Shown here piece by piece: positions 13,422 to 26,929 of a DNA stretch of 64,000 nucleotides (positions within the stretch are counted from its first letter, which is position 1; each line of letters begins with the position of its first letter). The notes under the pieces were generated by a model that ran no database searches, had not been told where the DNA came from, and saw nothing but the letters and a program-made list of their open reading frames with translations. The DNA is from Octopus vulgaris. Lineage: Eukaryota. The stretch spans positions 41,974,001-42,038,000 of the forward strand of contig OX597827.1 in the NCBI GenBank assembly GCA_951406725.2, given 5' to 3'. Position numbers and translations under genes: made by a program.

Positions 13422-15404
13422 ATGCTACGAAGTTGTCGCGTTGTTTTTCGTCGCGGTGGAAGTCACGTCGTACTTGAAAAATTGAACATTTGAAGTACGA
13501 CCACAGGTAAAGCATTTGTCTTTTGGGAGCTTAGTGAAGTATGTTGTCCGTATGGTTATTATTTTTTCGAACAACGGTCTCCACTGGGTTCCAGACATTT
13601 GTTTGCCAGTGGTCGTACTAAATTTTGGTGAGAATTGTGTGTGTTTTCGGGAGGCGTGTCACTCCGAAAATTTTTTTGAAATATCTATGACTGTGTTTGT
13701 ACCCTTTCAAGTGGATTTTTACCATAAATGATAGGAGTACAGCCGGAGTTGGACGGAATACTATTTGTGCTTTGAAGGACTACTGGTTTGGATTACCAGA
13801 GTAGCAGAATTGTGTTGTGTTGCCATTTTGGATTATCTTCCTTCGCTCTTTCTTCTCCTGTCTGTCTTTCTGATCTTTTTTGAGTTTCTTTATAGACTTT
13901 CATTTGAACATTTTGATTTTTGTTTGTGAATTTTTATTTTTGTTTTAGCTATCAGCATGGCAACTGTGAAATCCGCTTTGGAGTGGCAAATTGTGGCCTC
14001 CAAAGAATGGATGAAAAATTATACGGAGAGAACGGTGGTATTAAGGACCTATTCCAGGGCCCTTGACACCATCAAGGTCTTCTCTGAGGAAGAAATTGAG
14101 GAGGAGTTGGAAGACTATCTGCTAACTGTTAGGTTTATCCGCAGGGGTGTGAAGTATGGAACTGTATGTGTACTTTTTGACGGCCCTGCGGAAGCTCGTG
14201 ATTTTGCGAGCATACCTTTGGAAGTGGTGGAAGGTAGACACTCAGTATACAGGCCGAGTGGGTAGAAGACACTATCCGTCGTGGCCTGGGTGGCGGCCTT
14301 GCCAGGCTCTTAAAAATATTGCCTGCGGTTGATTGGGTGGGGTCAAAAGCAATTTTGACCCTATGGACCCAATCAACCGATGATCTGGTTTTACCAGATT
14401 TTTTAACAATGGCCGGTTCCAGGTACCCGGTGATGGTTGAGGGACCTCTCCCCAAGTGTTACCTGTCCCTGGAATCGGGCCATATAAAGAAGAGCTGTCG
14501 TCGGGACCAGGCAAGAGTCCTGGAACAGTTAATTGAAAAGGTGTCCTCTGCTCCCCCAATGGAGGAAAAAGTCGAGGTGGAGGTAACCTCCTCGAAAACA
14601 AAGGGGAAGAAAAGAAAGAAGGTGGGCAACAACAGAGAGGGGGAGGGAGAGTCCGCCAGAGATGTCGGAGGAATTCCACCCTCCCGTCGTAAAAGGAAAA
14701 AAGAAGAGAGAAAGAAAAACGGGGCATTGCCGGCGACGGCATGTCCCGAAACCCCTTCGGTGGAATGTGTGCCACCGGAGAGGGGGAAGAAGATAACTTC
14801 GTCAGTGGGATGTGTGCCACCGAGCGAGGGAGTTGAGGCCCCTCCCAGTGAAAGTGGGGAAGAATATATATTCTTCTATCTCAGGGGAGGGGCTATTGAC
14901 GTTTCGTGGAGAATGATATGGATAGTCGAATCCTGAGGGACCCGACTTGTATTAATAGCCCAGAGTGGCCTTCACAGGTGGCTGCTCTGGTGCTGGAAAG
15001 AAAGTACTGTGATCATATAATTGACTCGTGTAAAAACGAGAATTATAGAATTCATTTTTAGAGCCCCAGATTGCGGTTGCAGAAATGCCTTCAAGTTGCA
15101 AGAAAGTTACTCGGGGACGGATTGTAGAGGTTTATCGCCTCTAATTTGTGTATAAATTGTGTTTTATAATTGTACGGACTTTTTGTCCAAATATATTGTA
15201 TTTTAAATTGTAAGAGGAGTGATAACTCTGTATATGATGTTTTTAAAGAAAAATGTCTTAGAGAGCAGAGGGTCGGCGGGCGCTTTCTGTCTTCTCCCAT
15301 GTTTATCATTTTTGTATCATAATCATTCGCCTCATCAATTTCTATCTCCAGCCCGCAAAGCCACCTTATCTATGTGCTGCATACATGGCAAATTTAATGA
15401 ATAA
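13422..15404 (+). mobile_element. ORF1-only non-LTR retroelement (HAL1/Tx1-like), copy 1
   Basis: 14-bp TSD aagtagcttgctta at 13408-13421 and 15405-15418; ~535-bp 5'UTR, one gag-like ORF, ~280-bp 3'UTR ending in aataaa; homologous to 40818-43220. Confidence 0.85.
13957..15126 (+). pseudogene. Frameshifted ORF1p-like protein with degenerate CCHC zinc knuckle
   Basis: MATVKSALEWQIV...ERTVVLRTYS; CYLSLESGHIKKSC; basic, low-complexity C-terminal half; pieces in ORFs 13957-14265 and 14319-14936. Confidence 0.75.
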
Positions 15405-15561
15405 AAGTAGCTTGCTTACCAACCTCATGGTCCTGGGTTCAGTCCCACTGCGTGGCATCTTGGGCAAGTGTCTTCTATTATAGCCTCTGGCCGACAAAAA
15501 CTTTGTGAGTGGATTTGGCAGACGAAAACGGAAAGAAGCTCGTCGTATATATGTATGTATG

Positions 15562-15627
<66 letters not shown>

Positions 15628-15860
15628 TGTGTATGTTTTTGTATGTGTTTGTGTATGTATGTGTGTATGTGTGTGTGTGTATGTTTGTGTGTCTGTGTTT
15701 GTCCCCCCACTCAACAACCGATACTGGTGTGTTTACGTCACCCGTAACTTAGCGGTTCGGCAAAAGACATCGATAGAATAAGTACTAGGCTTACAAAGAA
15801 TAAGTTCAGGGATCGATTTCCTAGCATGGCCGTAGTCAAATGACTGAAACAAGTAAAAGA

Positions 15861-15916
<56 letters not shown>

Positions 15917-16002
15917 CTCTAAAAACTGGAACGAATGAATCCATCTTTGGGATTTATATATACATATAACGGCGTACGTATACTTTTGTTTACCATATAT
16001 AC

Positions 16003-16035
<33 letters not shown>

Positions 16036-16363
16036 CTTACATACATGTATACATATCTATATACATACATATATATGTGTATGTGTGTATACATGTATGT
16101 ATGTATGTATGTATGTATGTATGTATGTACGCATGTATGCATGCATGCATGTATGTATGTATTTATGTATGTATTTATGTATTTATGCATGTATAGATGT
16201 GTTTGCTTTTATGTTTAGTTATAGAATAAGTTTACATTAATCTAATGGATTAACCCGATATTTTTATAACGTACGATTTTATTCTTAAACAAGAATATTG
16301 TCAACAGTGACCCCGAAGTTTCGGCGAGTTAATCCATCATTGGATGACGAAGAATAAACACAC

Positions 16364-16457
<94 letters not shown>

Positions 16458-16769
16458 ACACACACAAATATATAAAGCTATATAAAGTAAGTTGTGATAT
16501 TTAATCCAGGTGTTTACCTTGCGAATCATTTCCACGGATAGCAGATATTTGAAAATTGAAAGAAGGAAACCCTTTCAATATCTCAATAAACCAAAAATCA
16601 ACAAATCCTTCCTCGCTGTAGCAACGTAGATTATATATAATAAACATCAATGAATGAAGTTAACGGTATTAATTTTATTGCTGAGTTCGTAAACTATGTA
16701 ACAAAAGTAATAATGCTTATTCCATTATTCGATGTTTCGCAAATATACGTATGTACTGTCTTCTCTCTT

Positions 16770-16992
16770 TTTACCCTTTTACTTGTTTCAGTCATTTGAA
16801 TGTGGCCATGCTGGAGCACCGCCTTTAGTCGATCAAATCGACCCCAGGACTTATTCTTTGTAAGCCTAGTACTTATTCTATCGGTCTCTTTGCCGAACCG
16901 CTAAGTTACGGGGACGTAAACAAACCAGCATCGGTTGTCAAGCGATGTTGGGGGGACAAACACAGACACACAAACATACACACACACATATT

Positions 16993-17047
<55 letters not shown>

Positions 17048-17208
17048 TACGACGGGCTTCTTTCAGCTTCTGTCTACTAAATCCACTCACAAGGCTTTGG
17101 TCGGCCCGAGGCTATAGTAGAAGACATTTGCCCAAGGTGCAACGCAGTGGGACTGAAACCGGAACCGTGTGGTTCGTAAGCAAGCTACTTACCACACAGC
17201 CACTCCTA
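16770..17208 (-). mobile_element. SINE-C, full length
   Basis: matches the SINE-C consensus including the internal (TA)n. Confidence 0.85.
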
Positions 17209-17318
17209 CATGCATGTTGTGGTATGGAAGCAGGTAATATTTAACTGACGTGATCCGGTTTCGCTGTTTTCAGCATTAAAGCTTTGTGCAGTTTTTCCAA
17301 GTTCAAAACCATGGTTGG

Positions 17319-17398
<80 letters not shown>

Positions 17399-17399
17399 T

Positions 17400-18697
17400 A
17401 CAGAGGTTAGTTGAAAGATGTTTGTCACAACCGGTTGGAATTAATAACTTACAGACCAATGTCTGAAAACCCGTGCCATTTTAGCCCCAAAGAATGTGGA
17501 AGTTGCCACTTCTGGAACAGTTGCCAGGTGAGCGTCACATCTTCAATTCCATTGACACTGTATTCAACATCAATGAAGCTGAGGATTATCCAGTTGAATT
17601 CTTGAATAGTCTAACACCACCTGGCCTTCCACCTTACAGCTTCCACCTCAAGATTGGGGCGCCAGTTATGCTATTTGGAAACCTCGATCCACCAAAGCTT
17701 TGCAATGGCACACAACTTATAATAAAGAAGATGATGCTAACAGTCTTTGAGACAACAATTTTGACTGGTAAACCAAGCAGTGAGCCTGTATACATTCCTA
17801 GAATTCCGCTTATTCCCTCGGATATGCCTTTCCAGTACAAGCGCCTGCAATTCCCGTTGAAACAGCTTTGCAATGGGTATTAACAAGTCCCAGGGGCAGC
17901 CCTTGTATGTGGTAGGTCTGAACCTTGCAGAACCAGTTTTCTCCCATGGCTAACTTTATGTGCGATGCTCAAGAGTAGGCAATCCTAACCATTTCTTTAT
18001 TTATACCCCACAAGGAAAGACCAAAAATGTTGTTTATCAATAAGCTCTGTAGACTTTATAAGATTCACCAAATCATCAGGTATTTATCATTTAACTGTAA
18101 TATCTGTAAGAGTTTAAATATATTGATAATCAACATGTCATTTTATTTTTAAATCTATATATAAATTTATTTGTATGTCTACAGTAAAACTAAAACTCAG
18201 TCTGTTTCTACATTCATTGTAAATCTAAATCAACACTAGCGCCCCTAAGGCTTATATTCTCTGGGAACGCGCAAAGCCCTTTTCAAAGTTATTTACTCTG
18301 AATTGTTACTATTTAATATCTGGTTAGCCTGTTATTACGTTACATGCCTCACGATTTTGGTATACATACCTTATTGATATTTCTTCCTAAGTTCTGTATA
18401 CTCTGGGTATGCATTAAAGCTCTTTTCGGGGCTACTTTATTTCAATTCTTACTATCGGGTAAGTAATTTAATGTTATTATGTAATTGACTTCACGATTTG
18501 GGCATTCATAATTTATTGGGATTTCCTAAAAACAAGATCCTATATAAGACAGTTCGGTATTATCTGTAAATGCACAAAAATCGTTTTAAGGGCCACATAT
18601 TTTGTATTGTTGTTATTTGATTAGCGAAACGATTATGAGAACAAAACCAAGGGATAGGCACCTCTTTTTTCCGGGAATTACCGGGTTCGTCAGCTAA
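17400..18697 (+). mobile_element. Helitron 3' portion
   Basis: helicase remnant followed by a terminal GC hairpin and degenerate CTRR end ccgggaattaccgggttcgtcagctaa|t at 18671-18697. Confidence 0.7.
17460..18052 (+). pseudogene. Helitron PIF1-family helicase C-terminal fragment
   Basis: RAILAPKN, YPVEFLNSLTPPGLPP, NLDPPKLCNGT, IPRIPLIPSDMPFQYKRLQFP, frameshift, INKSQGQ, PVFSHG*LYV..SRV, TKNVVY. Confidence 0.92.
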
Positions 18698-18922
18698 TAT
18701 ATATATTTATATAGTTCAGTTATTGGGATTTCAATCAATAGATTTGTGGGTATTCCATTTCAGATAATGCAAAAAAATATAACGAGTATTTATGATGGAA
18801 GATTCGTGGTATTTATATGCACATCAAGAAATAATACTTGAGGATAAAACCGGTAGAATAACAGGGTATAAGATATACTACCTTAATCAGTCCTTACTTC
18901 AGTTAAAATTATAATTAGAAAA

Positions 18923-19004
18923 GAACTACACGTGTTTCTGTATTCGATGATCGGAATATATGTAATGATCATATTTATAATTCTACCAACACATCTTCAG
19001 GTTC
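18923..19004 (-). ncRNA. Type I hammerhead ribozyme motif with extended stem II
   Basis: gaac-CTGAAGA-tgtgtt...aataca-GAAA-cacgtg-TA-gttc; canonical core, palindromic stem III. Confidence 0.65.
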
Positions 19005-19271
19005 ATTTTTCATATTGTTCAGCTATTTTACATCATCATAAAAATTAAGCGTTAAATTAAAAATAAAAAATAAAAAAGGAACTTTACAAAATTAAGAATT
19101 AACTATATATATGTGTGTATTGAATTGCTTTTCTTCGCATAGTAGTACATTTTCATATATATATTACGTTCCTCGTTTCGCTTCGGATTAAAACATGTGC
19201 TTATCCAACCCATATGTAACGTCATGCACACGCAAATATATATATATATTTATGCATACCTGCATACATGT

Positions 19272-19314
<43 letters not shown>

Positions 19315-19339
19315 AAATTTTAATAAAAGTAATACTGAC

Positions 19340-20150
19340 AAAAATGTTTAACGAAATAATAAGAATAGATCAACGAATATTATATGGTATAATGCTCCAT
19401 TTTCATATTCAATAGCTTCTAATATTCCTCGGGAGTTCTTTTCGGTACTAGTTAGGTATTTTCCACCTTCAAGTAAATATGGGGAAATTATTTAATAGAC
19501 ATAGTATTAAGTTTTCGTATTTAACCACTATAAATTCATCTGAGATTATTGCAGCACAAAATAAACAGAGATTAGAGAATGTCTAAATTCTAAATCTATA
19601 AACAATTGTTGAACTGCTAATATGTATGATGAAATTAACGTTATTGTTGCTCGTTAGGAAGAAGGTTTAGATTCTATAATTGATCAAAATGCTGATAATA
19701 TAGTTAATGTTTTACCTTGTTTCAATATTAATTCTAATAATAATTATTATTCTAATCCAAACTTAATACCTATTTTACAGACGGGTGCTAGTAAAAATTC
19801 TTATAACTATGAGGGCAATTTACAAGTGAACAAATCCATGTTTAATTGTGTACACGAAACTCGATGTCTTTTAGGAAATCAGTGTTGAAACAAGAATTTA
19901 GTATATCAGTGTGAAGTAATAACTATACATTGTAAGGATTGGTATATTGCTTCTAGTTGGAAATCTAGATTTTATGATCATACTAATTCCTTTAAATATA
20001 GAAGAAAATGTATTTCTACTAATTTAAACGAAAAGAATATTAAATGTCACTTAAAGTGGTCCATAATTAGTTATGCATCATCGTGTAATATTAGTGATCT
20101 TTGCCTCGAAGAATTATATTTTATAATTACTTCTAAATTAATTTTATTGA
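19340..20150 (+). pseudogene. Decayed Penelope-like element ORF C-terminus (linker and GIY-YIG endonuclease)
   Basis: manual translation NIIWYNAPFS...FNRHSIKFSY...NCVHETRCLLGNQC*NKNLVYQCEV...WYIASSWKSRFYDHTNSFK...LKWSII...DLCLEE matches the PLE pattern IIWFNPPFS / FNRNTVKVSY / CNC-CPL-C / VY-YIG / RxxNHxxSF / CxLCLxE. Confidence 0.75.
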
Positions 20151-21705
20151 ATTTTAATTGGTACTTAACTTTAAGATATTACCTTAAATTAAAAAGGATA
20201 TTAAAATATTTCAATTATTAATTATAACAATTTTTTACTTAATTATTATATAATAAGACTAATTCCGAATAAAGGGCTTAATATGATGATACGTAATTAA
20301 TTATAACTATGTTAAGTTTCTAAGCCTCGATAATCATATAAATTATTATTAAGTAAAATAATTTTTCAATCATTATATAATAACCTTAATTCCTATAAAG
20401 AGTTATTTATAAAGAATAAATAGGTATTTTGTTGTCTTTTCTGTATTTTTAGAAATCTCTTAATTATCTAGTGTCGGTGGTTGTATATGTTTTGAATATA
20501 ATAATCTTTCAGTTATCATATAAGAAGGTTAATTCCACTAGAAGGGTTTATTATATTAAATAAATAAATAGGTATTTGATTATTGCGACGTAAATTATCT
20601 AAATTTCTATTACGCATTACGTAGAATTAATATCCGCAGCCTTTATTCTTTAGTTATCTATTTAGCATGATAGCGAATTCTTGTTTGCAGTTTTTGTTCT
20701 TTAGATATCCAGTGACGTCATCAATTTTAGTAGAAAAATATACTCATTTTTTATGCTAAGTTTTGTTTTCAATGTAAATTCCAAATAATCAAAAAAATAA
20801 GGCACTAGTATGGTAATTTTTATATTTTATTTTCGTAAAGTAAATTCAGTGACGCCGCTCTTGGTTGAATGAATGAATTTCTAAACCTAAATTTGGTTTC
20901 TGTTTGTTAACATTTTTCAACAGCTAAAATATTTTCAGATATTCACTCAGAATTTCACTAATTTGGATTAACTTGATAATATTGTGATGATACACATCAT
21001 TAATTTTAGTACACACACACACACACACACACACACAAATATATATATTTGTGTGTGTGTGTATGTGTATAAAAATATATATGCATGTATATGTTAATGC
21101 AATTGAAACAACTGTTGAATTTTTAAGAAGTGGTCTAAAATAAAGATAAGATTTACTTCGTCCATATTATTGGTTGGTACATATATATATATATATGTGG
21201 TGTGTGTGTGTATGTATGTATGTATACATATGTATATATATATATGTGTGTGTGTGTATGCATGCGTGTATATTTATATATATATATATGTATGTGTGTG
21301 TATATATATATATATATAGATGGTGCATCTTCCTACGTCTAAGAAGTCTGTATTGGTTCAATCGTTGTAATATGCATCATCATCATCATCATCATCGTTA
21401 TCTTCTGCACGAACACTACCACCGCCACTACCATCACATTACCACCACGACCACCACCACAACCACCGCCGCCGCCGCATCCTCCATCAGCACTACTCGC
21501 AACACGCGTATCAAATTATCCACTTGCTTTTCGTTTGCATCACATGATAACAAAATTAATACGTGACCTCATATTGAATGTGTTTCTCAATGCAACAAAT
21601 TGAAAATGGCGCACGAGAAGAAAACCACCATTGAAAATATTTCTTACATCATTTTGCCTTTCCTTTTTTTCTTCTTCTTATCATCATGTAATAACAACAA
21701 TACAA

Positions 21706-21828
<123 letters not shown>

Positions 21829-21937
21829 CATATAAATAAATAGGTATGTAGGTAGGTAGATAGATAAATAGATAGATAGATAAATAAATAGATAGATAGA
21901 TTAGATAGATAGATAGGTAGGTAGGTAGGTAGGTAGG

Positions 21938-22006
<69 letters not shown>

Positions 22007-22453
22007 GGATAGATAGATGGATGGATAGATAGACAGATAATCGGCAACAAGAACGAACAATCGCATAGTTTTGAATCAAACGGAATACGAGTGAAATAAT
22101 GAATACTGCGGCTAACAACAAAGCGATGGGGTTGAATATTTCCCCATAGAAAACGAGGAGAAAAGGAAAAGACCGGTTTCCACCTGCTCATATTGTTAAA
22201 CTCTGTTTTCATTCCGTCTTCCCTGGATACCTACATATGTGTGTGCATATATATATTTTACATCTATACGTATGTATGTATGTATGTATGTATGTATGTA
22301 TGTATGTATGTATGTATGTATGTATGTATGTATGTATGTATGCATGCATGTATGTATGTATGTATGGATGGATGGATGGATGTATTTATGTATGTATGTA
22401 TGTATGTATGTATGTATGTATGTATTTATGTATGTATGTATCTATGTATGCAA

Positions 22454-22496
<43 letters not shown>

Positions 22497-23284
22497 TATG
22501 TACATATGTATACATATATAGATACATTTATATATACATATACACATATATCCATACATTTATATATATGTATATATATGTATATATACGTATATGTATA
22601 TGGTTATGTACATATGTATATATCTATCTCTATCTATCTATCTATATATATATATATATGTGTGCGTGCGCGCGTGTGTGTGCATGTGTGCGTGTGAATG
22701 TGTGTGCGCGCATGCACGTGTGTGCGTGTGTGCGCGTGTGTGTATGCGCGTGCCTGTTGGCGCGTGTTTATACATGTTCAGCGTCACTGGACGAGATGTG
22801 GGATTGGGAATGTTCTGAAAAGCATAATTACATCTTCGACTTTCGTATTCAGCTCACCTAATCCCGATATTTTTTTATTGATAGGTTCTGAAAGAAGGCT
22901 ACAGAAGTATGGTCATACAGCGCATAGGCATACATCCACGGAAGCCTATGTTGTCCAGTGTATACGCTTGCCCGCTTGCCCGCATGCATATACCTGTTCT
23001 CGCTCGAACACACACATATGCAAAGCACACGCTCGTTTTCTTTAACGAACGTGAAATGAAAGTAGTGATATTCAATAGTTATTGTAGAATTCGCGTGTTA
23101 TAAAAATGTGATATAATTTCAGATAGATTTCTTTATTAGCCACGCAGGGCCGAACACAGAGCGGAGAACACAATGTAGAATTTTTCTTTTCGAAAACGAT
23201 CAAAAGGGATAGAAAAACGTTTTGGGATTTGTAAACAAGGAGATAATCTCGGATATTAATATTATGTTATGTTCATACAAAGGA

Positions 23285-23600
23285 ATACTCCGTTGGATAC
23301 GACGACGAGGGACCCAGCTGATCCGATCAACGGAACAAATAGGTCGTGAAATGAACGTGCAAGTGGCTGAGCACTCCACAGATACGTGTATCCTTAACGT
23401 AGTTCTCAGAGAGATTCACGTGACACAGAGTGTGACAACGCTGGCCCTTTGAAATACAGGTACTACTCATTTTTGCCAGCTGAGTGGACTGGAGCAACGA
23501 AGAAGAATCTTGCTCAAGGACACAACGCGTTGCCGGGAATTGAACTCACGATCTTACGTTCGTTAGTGGAATGCCCTAACAACTAAGCCACGCGCCTTCA
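23285..23600 (-). mobile_element. SINE-B variant with CORE-like domain
   Basis: B-type 3' body plus gctccagtccactcagctggcaaaaatgagta and a tRNA-like head. Confidence 0.75.
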
Positions 23601-23790
23601 CATGTGTTCATATATGTATGTAGTGTAAAATGAAAGTTATGGAATGACAAGGGAAGAGAAATTTCTTAATCGTCTTCATTAGCTCATGTTTCTGCTATAA
23701 AATGCAAAGAACTCGGAGCTGAGTGCTTGCGCAGCATATTATAGCTTCCTCAGAGCTTTTGAAATGAAGTCGCTGTTAATTTGGTATTGT

Positions 23791-23874
<84 letters not shown>

Positions 23875-23894
23875 GCACATAAATATATATATGT

Positions 23895-24131
23895 ATTGAC
23901 CACTTTCCAGCACCCACATAATTTTGGCCGCCATGGGTTTTGCAGTAAATCACTAAATCATCCGTAACTTTTGTATTATCCTCTCAAATTACACCAAAAT
24001 CTCAGACAATAACAATTAATATTGTATTTATTGTCCGTGAAAATTATAGAATATAAAACAACTTTGATAAAAACTTATACCTACTTTTCTGACGAAAACA
24101 ATGCCGTTCTGAACATTTTGGCCGCCACTGT
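23895..24131. mobile_element. Single terminus of a Tc1-like DNA transposon
   Basis: ends ...ttttggccgccactg|ta (TA-CAGTGGCGGCCAAAA on minus); internal direct repeat ttttggccgcca near 23921. Confidence 0.5.
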
Positions 24132-24256
24132 ATATTTCATACATACATATCATACATACATACATACATGTATACATACATACATACATACATACATACA
24201 AAAATACATACATACATACATACATACATACATACATACATACATACATACATACA

Positions 24257-24289
<33 letters not shown>

Positions 24290-24304
24290 TAGATACATGT
24301 CTTT

Positions 24305-24672
24305 TATATTTTACTTGATTTATTCATTTGACGACGGCCATGCTGGAGGGTATCTGCCGAAGTAATCAACCCCAGGAACTAATTTTTTTTCAGCCTAATA
24401 CTTATTCTCTCGGTCTCTTTTGCTGAACAGCTAAGTTACAGGAACATAAACACACCAACACACCGGTTGTTAAGCGGTGGTGGAGGAAAAACACAGATAC
24501 AAAGAAAGAAACACACACACATACGACGGGCTTCTTTCAGTTTCCGTCTACCATATCCATTCACAAGGCTTTATTCGACCCAAGGCTATATTAGAAGGCA
24601 CTTGCTCAAGGTACCACGCAGTGGGACTAAACCCGGACCAAGGTTCTTACCACACAGCCAAGCCTGCGCCTG
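24305..24672 (-). mobile_element. SINE-C, diverged
   Basis: SINE-C body, tail and truncated head. Confidence 0.75.
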
Positions 24673-24779
24673 TATATATACATTATTTTATACGTACTTT
24701 ACATACACGTATGCATACATTTCATTCTTTGTCGTAATAAGTTTTTATTAGGAAACTGCTTTTTACCATAGAGCATAGC

Positions 24780-25870
24780 CACACTTTAAGCAAATTACTA
24801 CTAACCAACAATTATACGCAGTATGATAATGTATAAAATATACACAGTCTTTGTATGTCCTACGCCTATACAATCACAGCGATAGAAGCAATATCACCTC
24901 AGCCTAAGTAATAACTCATAAGAAAGGAATTTGAGATGTGTTGATCAGCTTCTAATTAACTGACAAAACAATGTCAGATATGCGACGGTATGGGAAGAAT
25001 TTTTTTTTTTTTGATGTTTGGCTGGGTTACAAGGAATTACTTGGTTCTGTTCTGCACTCGCGGATTCTCGTACTCCTTCGACTTGATAAAATTGAAAGCT
25101 AGAGAAAGTCCGGATTCGTCAAGGATCACGATTTTTGATTTTAAATGCAAGAAGCGATCGTATTGACTCTGAGAGGGTAAGTTATAGTAGGAATATATTT
25201 TAAAGGAATATTGTATGATGTTATTTATACTTGCAATGGATCCTTGTTGCTGAGGGAATCTGAAGAGAATGCAAATGGCTCACAGGAGGAAAGATGCATC
25301 GACGTATCATAATGTTTTTTTTTTTATGGAACTGAAAATACATTCACTAAAAATATGGGTATGAAGAATCTTGATCTGATTAGAGAATTGCAAAGGATAT
25401 AGGAATAGAGTTTGGCAAAGATAAATGTTTCAAGCAGATTGTAAAACGAGGAAAAACTACAAAGAACTATAAACCAGTGTAGCAGCATCTCCATCAATGG
25501 TCTGATATTTTTCCAGCATGCAACAAGAAACACTGCGCATATCTTGGGCTGGATGCAAATGTATCACATGATGCCATTTGTCAGAAGGAACGCATCACTG
25601 AAGACTGGATAAACGATTAATAAATGTGATATACAAGTGTCCACAAATGTTCTTAGTTTACTATTTAAGTGTGGGGGTCGGATTTGTAGTCAAAACACTA
25701 TGCAAGGAAGTTAGGATTAGGTGTAAACTTGAAGATGAACATAAATAAAGCTGCAATGATGTGGAGTGTATAGTCACTTACAATACGAAAGAATACTGCA
25801 AAGCACAACAGACAAGACATAATAATATGGGACAAAGTGAAACAGAAAATAGTGACAGACTTGAATCGTG
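24780..25870 (+). pseudogene. Highly decayed R4/Dong-like (RLE-type) non-LTR retrotransposon: RT and endonuclease remnants
   Basis: manual translation across frameshifts: MYKIYT, KKGI.GCVDQLLIN, DIGIEFGKDKC..IVKRGK, YLGLDAN, KHNRQDIIIWDK (compare HNRPD). Confidence 0.65.
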
Positions 25871-26389
25871 CGAAAAGAAAAACACACATACATATACTAA
25901 AATGTAGACATAACAAAACAGACGTTACAACGACGGACTAAAAACCAAACCAAACCGAAAATAGCCATTTGTTTATCATATTTAGCGCTAATATATCGTG
26001 GGAGGCAAATTTACTGTGGAATTCGTCCTGAAATAATATCTTATAGACATGCTGTTCTTAAAACATAATATGTATAGGAGGCAAACGAATGTGAGAAGGT
26101 TCGATACATATCTTTCTCATTAGGCTTTGTCAGAGGGTTGTAATCACAGCCGGTCACATGCCAGGAAAAGATCTGTCACCTTCCTTATACGAAAACTGAA
26201 TAAAAATTCCCTTATGTTGCAAATAACCCGCCCCCGACTAATTAAAATTTCGATATATATGAAAATAAAAGTATTGGACTAAAATAGCCATTTGTGGATC
26301 ATACTTAATAATAATGCACCGTTGTAGACAAATATACTGCATTTTTCGTCCAGAGATAATATACTGGCTTAGAAGTGGCTGTGTGCATT

Positions 26390-26772
26390 AGGCGTATGAG
26401 TGGCTGTGTGGTAAGTAGCTTGCTTACGAACCACATGGTTCCGGGTTCAGTCCCACTGTGTGGCACCTTGGGCAAGTGTCTTCTACTATAGCCTTGTGAG
26501 TGGATTTTGTAGACGGAAACTGAAAGAAGCCCGTCGTATATATGTATGTATATGTGTATGTGTGTGTCTGTGTATGTTTATGTGTCTGTGTTTGTACCCC
26601 CAACATCGCTTGACAACCGATACTGGCTTGCTTACGTCCCCGTAACTTAGCAATTCGACAAAAGATACCGATAGTACTAGGCTTACAAAGAATAAGCCCT
26701 GGGGTCGATTTGCTCGACTAAAGGCGGTGCTCCAGCATGGCCACAGTCAAATGACGGAAACAAGTAAAAGCT
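26390..26772 (+). mobile_element. SINE-C
   Basis: head to tail with small internal deletions. Confidence 0.85.
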
Positions 26773-26929
26773 TAAAAGCGATAATATATTGACGTAGTGT
26801 TCTTAGAGTTAAAGACACAGAATATATAGAACGTAGACGAAAATTCTTCTCTGCTGGTTACTACGCTTGATATATTTCGACCTCAGGGGGCCTTACCTGT
26901 AGCACGTACTCACAGGTAATCACATGCCA

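Larger units (their letters stand above)
13393..15862 (+). mobile_element. Host SINE-C split by a 2-kb insertion (head 13393-13421, remainder 15405-15862)
   Basis: gagtggctgtggggtaagtagcttgctta | insert | aagtagcttgcttaccaacctcatggtcctgggttcagtccc... Confidence 0.9.

Noticed and set aside
17494-17883. Possible host PIF1 helicase gene
   Set aside because: Intronless, frameshifted, with stops and followed by a Helitron-type terminus.
25958-26362. Diverged ~80-bp direct repeat about 320 bp apart (aaaatagccatttgt...ataatat)
   Set aside because: Real but short and degenerate; no TSD or internal feature to support an LTR-like element.
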